This document shows, piece by piece, positions 8,713 to 16,141 of a stretch of DNA of 56,418 nt. Made by a program: the position numbers and the translations under genes. The notes under the pieces are model-generated. The model was not told the DNA's origin. It was given only the letters and a program-made list of their open reading frames with translations, and made no database searches. The stretch is from a virus (lineage: Duplodnaviria > Caudoviricetes). The DNA lies in IMG/VR virus record IMGVR_UViG_3300048872_000176, positions 1 through 56,418 of that record; one strand, given 5' to 3'. Every line of letters begins with the position of its first letter. The stretch's first letter is position 1.

Positions 8713-8916
8713 ATGGCACGAGGATCACAAGCATCACTCGATACGACCGTTCACACAACGACCGCGGCAGTAGTGTTTCACAGCCCCGGCATGGTAGCTG
8801 ACGCGGTTGGCTCTAACCAAACCGCAGCGGCTGCGTCTAAACTTCCTGGTAATCCGAACGGCGCTGTAGTTGGCCGTGTTCCAGGAACCTCGATCATCTT
8901 TCGAAATCCAGCTTAA
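8713..8916 (+). CDS. Putative virion accessory protein, C-terminal NPA family
   Basis: AGGAG RBS; 67 aa ending GTSIIFRNPA*. Confidence 0.7.
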   Translation: MARGSQASLDTTVHTTTAAVVFHSPGMVADAVGSNQTAAAASKLPGNPNGAVVGRVPGTSIIFRNPA

Positions 8917-8929
8917 ATAAGGAGAAAAC

Positions 8930-9064
8930 ATGTTTCTTTTCATTTTGAAGTATGGTTTGATTTTGCTTGCAGGTGGGTTGGCGACTTCCTATGCGGAATA
9001 TCGGCTCAACTATAATCTTTATGATCTCATCAAAGACAAGTTGTTTCCCGCGAAGAAATCTTAA
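8930..9064 (+). CDS. small membrane protein (44 aa)
   Basis: AAGGAG RBS; MFLFILKYGLILLAGGLATSYAEY...KKS*. Confidence 0.65.
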   Translation: MFLFILKYGLILLAGGLATSYAEYRLNYNLYDLIKDKLFPAKKS

Positions 9065-9070
9065 CAGTTT

Positions 9071-9146
9071 GGCCGGGTAGCTCAATAGGCAGAGCAGTCG
9101 ATCTGTAATCGACATGTTGGAGGTTCGATTCCTCTCTTGGCCTCCA
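9071..9146 (+). tRNA. tRNA, anticodon TGT (Thr), atypical
   Basis: Cloverleaf: ggccggg/cttggcc acceptor, gctc/gagc D stem, gtcga/tcgac anticodon stem with loop tcTGTaa, ggagg-ttcgatt-cctct T arm, encoded CCA. Confidence 0.85.
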
Positions 9147-9158
9147 ATTAGGAGAATT

Positions 9159-9248
9159 ATGATAGCTCTTGGTATAGCTGGCGTTTTCATTACCGCCGTG
9201 GTTGTTTATTTCGTTCGTCTCATCAAAAAGGGTTCGTATCGTGAGTAA
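9159..9248 (+). CDS. small single-TM protein (29 aa)
   Basis: AGGAG RBS; MIALGIAGVFITAVVVYFVRLIKKGSYRE*. Confidence 0.6.
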   Translation: MIALGIAGVFITAVVVYFVRLIKKGSYRE

Positions 9249-9258
9249 TCTCGGTGGC

Positions 9259-9582
9259 ATGACTGACGGGCAAGTTATCACTGCGTTCGCACTGGCCGTA
9301 GCTGCTGGCGGAAGCCTTCTAGCCGATGCGTATACAACCATGATTGGGTTGCAACACGGTTTGACGGAAGGCAACCCCCTAATGCGTTTACTGTTCAAAA
9401 AAGTCGGCCTGCCCTTCGCTACTTTTCTAAGTGGGAGTTTTACTTTAATTTTAGGCGCAGCCCTCAGTTCCTATTCCGTGTATGCGACCGATGCGTTTTT
9501 CGGGATCGTACTAGGCGTGGAAATCCCAGTCGTCCTGCGAAACTACCGATTACTAAAGGCGGCTAAAATCTCCTTGAAGTAG
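9259..9582 (+). CDS. Membrane protein, DUF5658-like
   Basis: D.YTT..GL..G..EGNPLM motif plus hydrophobic helices. Confidence 0.65.
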   Translation: MTDGQVITAFALAVAAGGSLLADAYTTMIGLQHGLTEGNPLMRLLFKKVGLPFATFLSGSFTLILGAALSSYSVYATDAFFGIVLGVEIPVVLRNYRLLKAAKISLK

Positions 9583-9585
9583 GAT

Positions 9586-9614
9586 TTGACTTTCCGTTCA
9601 TATTGTGATACGAT
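9586..9614 (+). promoter_or_regulatory. sigma70 promoter ahead of the cupin/glycosyltransferase genes
   Basis: TTGACT-17-TACGAT with TG extension. Confidence 0.6.
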
Positions 9615-9853
9615 GTTTTGGTTGCGGTGCAGTACTGGGGGGCACTTTGAAATCGTTCTATAGGGGTCATTCTCTAGAAGTCAACGCAGCACCGAACGGA
9701 ACTATCCTATTCGATGTTTTTGACCGCAGCCGCAGATATTTAATCGCAGGATTTTCATTGTCCGATCCCAACGAACAAACCGTGATGGACAGAATGCGAA
9801 CCCGAGTGGACGCACTAATCACGGAGCCACCCGTTAAGTTTGTAGAACGTTAG
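9605..9853 (+). CDS. hypothetical protein (true start probably downstream of the promoter)
   Basis: ORF track; annotated start overlaps the -10 box. Confidence 0.5.
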   Translation: MIRCFGCGAVLGGTLKSFYRGHSLEVNAAPNGTILFDVFDRSRRYLIAGFSLSDPNEQTVMDRMRTRVDALITEPPVKFVER

Positions 9854-9883
9854 AACCTCTCATAAAGAGTTTCAGGAGAAATA

Positions 9884-10240
9884 ATGTCAGACGAAGCTTT
9901 GTTGATCGGGCAACCGCCCGCTGCACCGACGCCTCAAGGCGCAACCGGAATTCAAGTTCCTACCGACCGGGTTACAGTTTCTGTGTTCGGGGTTTTCAAA
10001 GATCAGATTCCGAACAGCGAGACAGGCGCTCTGGAAGATGAGTACGTGGAGCAGAAATTCCCGACTCAGGTTCCCCGCGGAACCCCGCATGACGATATTT
10101 GCCAGTTCATCTGGCTGAAGTTTCTACAGCAAGCCTGCTTGCGCTCCGCTGGTTCAGGCGGCGAGATTAACTTTTATCCCTTGGATCGATTTAAGCGTTT
10201 CACGATGACCGTTGGTGTTATAGTCGGAGTCGGTTTATGA
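9884..10240 (+). CDS. hypothetical protein
   Basis: AGGAG RBS, 118 aa. Confidence 0.75.
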   Translation: MSDEALLIGQPPAAPTPQGATGIQVPTDRVTVSVFGVFKDQIPNSETGALEDEYVEQKFPTQVPRGTPHDDICQFIWLKFLQQACLRSAGSGGEINFYPLDRFKRFTMTVGVIVGVGL

Positions 10241-10587
10241 ACAAGCCCCTCTTCGTAAAGAAGGCGTGGGGTTCTGAAAAATGGTTGGTGAACGAACCAG
10301 AATATTGTGCGAAAATCTTATGTATCAATCCTGGTTTTCGTTGTTCCCTTCACTACCATAAGATCAAGAAAGAAACCTTTATTGTTCAGTCCGGTGTTGT
10401 TCGCTTAGAACAGCGCGGCGTACGTGGCGAAGAGATTGACGAGACGCTGATTGAAGGTGACACCCGCACGATCATGCCGAAGACGCCACACAGGTTTTCG
10501 AGTTTCAACGGCGCAACGATTTTAGAAATTAGTACCCATCACGATGACGCTGATGTCGTTCGCTTAACGGACAGCGGAAAGATATGA
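10237..10587 (+). CDS. Cupin, mannose-6-phosphate isomerase / D-lyxose isomerase-like
   Basis: KKAWGSEKW...YCAKIL...SLHYH..KKETF...PHRF...EIST. Confidence 0.85.
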   Translation: MNKPLFVKKAWGSEKWLVNEPEYCAKILCINPGFRCSLHYHKIKKETFIVQSGVVRLEQRGVRGEEIDETLIEGDTRTIMPKTPHRFSSFNGATILEISTHHDDADVVRLTDSGKI

Positions 10588-10588
10588 C

Positions 10589-11035
10589 ATGCGCAACGCG
10601 GAAGATATTCTCTCGTCCCTTAACGATGACCGACTGAAGATCATTGAGACAGGTTGCGTTGCTACTCGCAGTATCACTCGTTGGGTTTCGAATCATTCAG
10701 AGAGTGAATTCGTAAATGTTGATTTAGATTTTCCTCTTCAACTTGCTACGCACAAAGAACTGGAATGCGATGGGATCGCCCGGCACTGTACTTTTCTAAA
10801 TCAAGATCACGGGAAGTATCTTAGTACTCGCACTTGGGCAGATGTGATTTTTCTTAATCCTCCCGATCTTCAAAGTGGTGTAATGGAATTTCTATTAGCG
10901 GTTTCAACTGGAGCCCGATTAATCGTAATGAACGACTACCAGGCTCGAAGTGCTCTAGCAATCAAACGTGCCCGTGAAATTGGTTGGGAGTATGAATCTT
11001 CCGGTATGCAAAACATTTTAAAGCGGGTTAAGTAA
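10589..11035 (+). CDS. Degenerate class I SAM-methyltransferase-like protein
   Basis: IIETG...VDLD...DVIFL...GA.LIVMND layout resembles Methyltransf_24 proteins, but key acidic residues are altered. Confidence 0.45.
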   Translation: MRNAEDILSSLNDDRLKIIETGCVATRSITRWVSNHSESEFVNVDLDFPLQLATHKELECDGIARHCTFLNQDHGKYLSTRTWADVIFLNPPDLQSGVMEFLLAVSTGARLIVMNDYQARSALAIKRAREIGWEYESSGMQNILKRVK

Positions 11036-12225
11036 TGGAGGCGATGAGCCAAGAATATGCCCAGGCTAGAATTCCTGAGTTAGAAAGCATCGCGTTAGTT
11101 AGACCAACATCCATGTTGTTAGCCGATCTTGCTGGATGTTATTTTACTCTCGGCCAAACCGAACGTGCTCTTCCGTTGGCTCAAAAAGCTTGGGAGAAGA
11201 ATAAGAACTCCGGGATTGGAATGAATCTCGGCCTCATTTTAAAAGATTTAGGTCGTCATGATGAGGCATCTAAAGTTATTGAAGAAGCCTACTGGCTTAA
11301 TTCCGATGATGCTTATATTCGGTTAGGGTATGGGGAAGCTTTACTGAAAGCCGGACATTGGAAACAGGCATGGCCCGTTTACGATAACGCCCGCCCAACT
11401 CAGTTCGGTGCAGCATGTATGCTTCGGCTGCCTAGCAAGGTTCGTGAATGGGATGGAGAACCTCTTCCTGAAGGACACGAACTGATTGTCATAAATGAAG
11501 GCGGAACCGGAGACCGTTTTTCATACGCCCGGTATCTAAACAATCTTACTGTTCTTGGAATTAATTGGAAATTTTATCCGTTCGATGAATTGTTCAGTTT
11601 CTTTGAACGAATTTTTCCACGAACAAGATTGGTAAAAGATGGGGATGAAACAAACCCAACCCATTGGACAACCACCTTTTCGTTGCCCGCGAAACTTGAT
11701 GTAGGAGTGAGCGATGTTCCACCTCCACTTCCTCTGAATCCTAGCGAAAATGCTATTAAAAAATTCGCTTTACAGAAATCCGACAAAATGCCTATTGTCG
11801 GATTGTGCTATGAAGCGGCTGAGATGCACCAAGGGAATAGAAAAGTTCGCTCCCTAACCGAAGGTCAAGCCATGCGGTTGGTGTGCATGACCGGGGATAA
11901 AGTTCACTGGGTAAATTTGCAGCACGGTAAGATAATGCCTTTCCCTGTCTCAAATATAAACTTTGAATCGTGGGATGATACCGCAGGATTGATTCATAAT
12001 CTTGATGCCGTGGTTTCCGTCGATACCGGAGTCATGCACCTTGCAGGTGCTATGAGAAAACCAATGGCTGTTTTGCTCGGCGGTAATTCCTGCTGGAAGT
12101 TTTTACGTAAAGGAAAAAAACTCAATCTGTATCCATTCGCGACTTTTTATCGTAATCCAGATCGTGGTTTTGAAACAGCTATAAGTGAACTTGTCGCCGC
12201 AATACGCAATGGAACGGCTTGGTAA
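11035..12225 (+). CDS. TPR-containing GT-B (GT9-like) glycosyltransferase
   Basis: N-terminal TPRs; WDGEPL...EGGTGDR; LDAVVSVDTGVMHLAGAMRKP. Confidence 0.85.
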   Translation: MEAMSQEYAQARIPELESIALVRPTSMLLADLAGCYFTLGQTERALPLAQKAWEKNKNSGIGMNLGLILKDLGRHDEASKVIEEAYWLNSDDAYIRLGYGEALLKAGHWKQAWPVYDNARPTQFGAACMLRLPSKVREWDGEPLPEGHELIVINEGGTGDRFSYARYLNNLTVLGINWKFYPFDELFSFFERIFPRTRLVKDGDETNPTHWTTTFSLPAKLDVGVSDVPPPLPLNPSENAIKKFALQKSDKMPIVGLCYEAAEMHQGNRKVRSLTEGQAMRLVCMTGDKVHWVNLQHGKIMPFPVSNINFESWDDTAGLIHNLDAVVSVDTGVMHLAGAMRKPMAVLLGGNSCWKFLRKGKKLNLYPFATFYRNPDRGFETAISELVAAIRNGTAW

Positions 12226-13106
12226 TGAAATCAGTAGTAATCGTTCCAGCTTATTTCCGGCCAGAGTTTCTTTATCTTTGTCTAGAATCTTTATCCGCAT
12301 GTCCTGAGATAACTGAGAAAGATATTTGGATTTGCCACGATCAGAAGTTTGGAGACACCACAAAATTTGCAGGGGAGTGGGAAGAAACTAGAGCAGTTAC
12401 AGATTATTGGAGTCGAGCTTTCGGAAATCGCCTTCGGTGCACTCTTCGCCCAGAGAACGGATTTTACGGAAACAGTTATAACGTTTTAGCTGCTTATTCG
12501 AAAGCCTTAGAAGAACAATACGAAAAAATTTATTTATTGGAAGATGATGTTTTAGTTTCTTCTGATTTTTTTAGATGGCATGATGCAGTACAGGCGGACG
12601 GAGATTATTTCTGTTCGGTAGCCGGACATTGCGAACGCAATATTGTTGTAGATGAAATAAACTCTTCAGAAGCGTATTTCAGAAGTGAACAATATGCTTC
12701 TCTTGGTGTTGCTTGGTCTAGAGAAAACCTAAGTCAAATTACCCACCATGCGGTTCGAGAATACTATCAAAACAACACTATCTATCTTTTGAAACAATTT
12801 CCGAAAAGCAAACTCGGAACCCAAATGATGGAACAGGATGGATTGATTCAACGGGTGATGGAACAGTCCCTTCAGCAAGCGGCTTGGCCACATATCCCTA
12901 GAGCATACCATGTCGGGGTGTTTGGGTATCATCGCGGAATCGGCCCCGAAAATATGAAGCAAGGCACGCTGTCCGAAAAAATAGAACAGTATCGCGTTGC
13001 GATCATGGACAAAGAGTGGATAAATAGAGTAGCTTATTTTCAAACAGACATCAAAATTCTTCCTAAAGAAATTCCGGGTTGGAATCGTTTAATCCTCACA
13101 AATTAG
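12225..13106 (+). CDS. GT-A glycosyltransferase (GT13/GT2-like)
   Basis: IVPAYFRPEFL..CLESL, ICHD, LLEDDVLVSSDFF. Confidence 0.8.
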   Translation: MKSVVIVPAYFRPEFLYLCLESLSACPEITEKDIWICHDQKFGDTTKFAGEWEETRAVTDYWSRAFGNRLRCTLRPENGFYGNSYNVLAAYSKALEEQYEKIYLLEDDVLVSSDFFRWHDAVQADGDYFCSVAGHCERNIVVDEINSSEAYFRSEQYASLGVAWSRENLSQITHHAVREYYQNNTIYLLKQFPKSKLGTQMMEQDGLIQRVMEQSLQQAAWPHIPRAYHVGVFGYHRGIGPENMKQGTLSEKIEQYRVAIMDKEWINRVAYFQTDIKILPKEIPGWNRLILTN

Positions 13107-13166
13107 CGCCTGCCTGTCAGCCGCCGTTTTCAAGAAACAATAAAGCAACATTCTAAAGGAAATATC

Positions 13167-13949
13167 ATGGAAATTCCAGCATTGAATTTGGTCGTTGTTG
13201 ACACGGCGCTCCACACTAATATTTTGGCTGCATATCAGGCTGCACAAGCAGCCCCTGGTGGGGCGGTTTGGATTCCGAATAGTTATGTCGGAACCGACAC
13301 AGTTCCTGTGAATCCGACTGTTCCTGTGTTTGATATGCGCAGTCAAGGAACTACGTATCTAGGTTCTTCTAGCTCTAACAATAACGTAGCAGCAACGGCT
13401 TCGGCTGCCGCGGCGGTTGTTGGTTCCACTGGTGGAACGTTCGTAACCACATTAAATCTTCCGGGTGGAAGTAAATTTAATGGTGTGCCTTTTAAAGTGA
13501 AAGCCGCAGGTTGGACTTCTTTCGGTGGCGGAACTTGGACAGCAACTATTGTTCCAGTTCTTTACGCGTCCGGGCTCGCTGGTTATACGGCGTCTGCTTC
13601 CGCTATTATTTTTACAGCCGCAGCCACGAACGTAACTATCGCCACTGCTCTTGCAGCTACTTTGAAATACGCAAATTGGGAAACCGAAACAGTTATTGAA
13701 GGTGATACTACGTCGGCTAAAATCACTGGACGGGTTAAAGGATCGATCAACAACGGAGCCGTAGCTTCGATTCCCGCGACCGCGGCGAACGGAACTTGGG
13801 ATGCTATTGCAAATCCTACCACTGTCGGGACATTGAATATGGCAGCAACCGTGCCTATTCAATTTTTGGCAGGAGTGATTCTCGGTGGGACACCCGATAC
13901 CGGGGCAGTCCAAACCAGTACTCTCACCTCTTTTTATATCCAATCTTAA
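13167..13949 (+). CDS. Ala/Thr-rich virion accessory (decoration-like) protein
   Basis: Paralog of 14013: LPGGSKFNGVPFKVKAAG, WETETVIEGDTTSAKITG; A-rich leader and strong RBS. Confidence 0.7.
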   Translation: MEIPALNLVVVDTALHTNILAAYQAAQAAPGGAVWIPNSYVGTDTVPVNPTVPVFDMRSQGTTYLGSSSSNNNVAATASAAAAVVGSTGGTFVTTLNLPGGSKFNGVPFKVKAAGWTSFGGGTWTATIVPVLYASGLAGYTASASAIIFTAAATNVTIATALAATLKYANWETETVIEGDTTSAKITGRVKGSINNGAVASIPATAANGTWDAIANPTTVGTLNMAATVPIQFLAGVILGGTPDTGAVQTSTLTSFYIQS

Positions 13950-14012
13950 TTTCTTCTCGCGCCCGCACAGCGTACGCACAGCAACACAAAAGAAACAAAA
14001 AGGAAAATAAAT

Positions 14013-14615
14013 ATGCAAGTTATTGCTCAAGCTCCCGCAGCGGCTAATATCACTGCTCTTAACGCTGGTGTGGCTACCGCTGCATTTACCGTTATCGCTG
14101 GTGAACCCGGCGCAGGTACACAGTGTAACCTAAACGTTCCTGGTTCAAATCGTCTGAACGGCCAGCCTTTCGTAGTTCGTGCCAGCGGGTTTCTTACTCT
14201 ACCTGCCGGAACATACACGTCCGCGGCGACCCCGCTTCAGTTCGTGTTGTTCGGTTCAAACACCGCATCTTTCTCTGTTTCGGTCGGTTCTGCTCTATTC
14301 TCTTCGACCGCATTGGCGATCTTTTCGGTCTCTTCTGCTACAGCGAAGACTTTCCCATGGGAAATTCAGGCAGAAATGGTGGGAGATAGTACTTCCGCTA
14401 TTATTACGGGCCAAGGTCGTGCAGTGTCTAGCAATCCGAACGGTGTTCAATTGGCAACTGCTCCGGTCGCGATTGGTACGAGTCCAGCAAGCGTCAACTT
14501 CGCTTCCGAGCCTCCTTTGCAGTTCTCGATTGGTATTACTACAGCGGCTGCAAACCTGTTGAGCATCGCAGGTGCGGTTACTGTTGGTCTCAGTTCTTTC
14601 CAACTCGAAGCGTAA
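14013..14615 (+). CDS. Ala/Ser/Thr-rich virion accessory (decoration-like) protein
   Basis: VPGSNRLNGQPFVVRASG, WEIQAEMVGDSTSAIITG; A-rich leader. Confidence 0.7.
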   Translation: MQVIAQAPAAANITALNAGVATAAFTVIAGEPGAGTQCNLNVPGSNRLNGQPFVVRASGFLTLPAGTYTSAATPLQFVLFGSNTASFSVSVGSALFSSTALAIFSVSSATAKTFPWEIQAEMVGDSTSAIITGQGRAVSSNPNGVQLATAPVAIGTSPASVNFASEPPLQFSIGITTAAANLLSIAGAVTVGLSSFQLEA

Positions 14616-14650
14616 GAAGTTCCATAAAACAAAAACAACTAACAAGGATG

Positions 14651-14680
14651 GGGAGTTCGAAAGGACTCCCTGTTCACTTT
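14651..14680 (+). terminator. GNRA-capped hairpin, possible weak terminator or processing site
   Basis: gggagttc-gaaa-ggactccc followed by tgttcacttt. Confidence 0.45.
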
Positions 14681-14686
14681 CCACAC

Positions 14687-15370
14687 ATGCTTAAAATTCT
14701 TATTGCGATAAAATGCTGTCATACAAGACAGGAATTTGCAGAAGCATCTCGTCAGACGTGGGTTAGAAACATCCACGGCATGAATTACAGAATTTTTTAT
14801 GGACATGGACAGCACGAACTTAAACCCGACGAAGTTCAGTTAGATGTGCCCGATGGGTATGACGATCTCGCTAGTAAAATATACGAAATTTTTTCTTGGG
14901 CTCTGAAACATGAATATGATTATGTGCTTCAGGTAGATGATGACACGTACGTACGCCCTGAAAAACTTCTACAGAGTAATTTCCAGCAATACGATTTTGT
15001 CGCAGGTTCATCATTCGGTGTGGATGAATGCAACCGTCTTTTTCAGTACGTAGCGGGTCAAAGTTCCACAGGTCCCGGTTTTTGGCTGTCCAAAAAAGCC
15101 ATGAACGTTGTTGTCAATTCTTTACCTCCTAGCCATGGTCAGGCTGATGAACCGTGGATAGGGAAAGTTCTGAACCACCATGGAATCAGAGTTTACAGAA
15201 CAACTTCTATGGGGTGTTACGGAAATCTTCCCCACAGTGGAATAAAAGAACTTTGTCTTAACTGTTGGCTTCCGGAAACAGAGGATATTATCGCGGAATG
15301 GGAATACAACCCCGAACAAATGATTGCTGTTCATAAGCAATGGGAAACAGGAACTCGTACTCTTCCTTAA
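14687..15370 (+). CDS. GT31 (galactosyltransferase/Fringe-like) glycosyltransferase
   Basis: RQTW, DGYDDL.SK, YDYVLQVDDDTYV, GPGFWLS, WIG. Confidence 0.8.
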   Translation: MLKILIAIKCCHTRQEFAEASRQTWVRNIHGMNYRIFYGHGQHELKPDEVQLDVPDGYDDLASKIYEIFSWALKHEYDYVLQVDDDTYVRPEKLLQSNFQQYDFVAGSSFGVDECNRLFQYVAGQSSTGPGFWLSKKAMNVVVNSLPPSHGQADEPWIGKVLNHHGIRVYRTTSMGCYGNLPHSGIKELCLNCWLPETEDIIAEWEYNPEQMIAVHKQWETGTRTLP

Positions 15371-15379
15371 GGATTAACC

Positions 15380-15544
15380 GTGGCTAAAAGCACGAAGGTG
15401 TCGGTCAAAGTTAAAGGATCGGCTGCGGGTGTTAAAAAAGCATTAGGTCATCTGTTGGATGCCCCTGTGGAAAAAGTAACGCCTTTAAGAGAAGCGGATT
15501 TTCGCACTCAACAAAAGAAAAAAGGTACTCAAGATGCCGACTGA
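15380..15544 (+). CDS. small Lys-rich protein (54 aa)
   Basis: aagga RBS, GTG start, AKSTKVSVKVKG...; below ORF-track cutoff. Confidence 0.55.
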   Translation: MAKSTKVSVKVKGSAAGVKKALGHLLDAPVEKVTPLREADFRTQQKKKGTQDAD

Positions 15545-16139
15545 TGATCCCGTTTCCAAAGCCTTAGCTGGTGCTAAGAATGCGCTTGCGAGCGCAAGAA
15601 ATTTTACGAAGTCCGCGGGCGATACTGACCCGAGTCGGTTCGCTGCAAAACCTGCGGCTCCTAAGCCCGCAGCGAAACCCGCATCAGGTGGTATGGCTAG
15701 AGAAGCCTCTGATGTTGGTAGCGGTCTGAGATGGCGGGCCGAACAGGTCAAAAATATCGGAGAGATGAAAAAAGGCGGAACGATTCCTAAGACAGGAAGT
15801 TACAAAATGCACAAAGGCGAGGAAGTCGTGACCGCGGATAAATCAAATCTTCAAGATGTGATAGAACGGGCGAAAGACTCACTCGGCGGGCCGATGCGTC
15901 CAGCGCACGGAATGCGTAGCACGAGAATCGATCATCATTCAAATGGTAGCCACACCGTAACGCACGTTCCGCACATGAATACGATGGACTCAAAATCGAA
16001 CGAAGACATTAGTTACGCCGTGAAGAATCACGCTGAACTAGCCAGCAAAATTAAAGAATACCTCGGTGACAAAGAAGAGATGGCCGAAGGTGATAAAAAG
16101 AAGGACTCTAAATCCGAGGAGTCCGCAGAGAAGGTTTAA
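15534..16139 (+). CDS. hypothetical protein immediately upstream of TerL
   Basis: 201 aa, KKGG.IPKTG.YKMHKGEEV motif; not recognisably TerS. Confidence 0.7.
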   Translation: MPTDDPVSKALAGAKNALASARNFTKSAGDTDPSRFAAKPAAPKPAAKPASGGMAREASDVGSGLRWRAEQVKNIGEMKKGGTIPKTGSYKMHKGEEVVTADKSNLQDVIERAKDSLGGPMRPAHGMRSTRIDHHSNGSHTVTHVPHMNTMDSKSNEDISYAVKNHAELASKIKEYLGDKEEMAEGDKKKDSKSEESAEKV

Positions 16140-16141
16140 GC

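Noticed and set aside
9071-9146. Reading the tRNA as Tyr (GTA)
   Set aside because: The gtcga/tcgac stem fixes a 7-nt loop with TGT central, and there is no long variable arm
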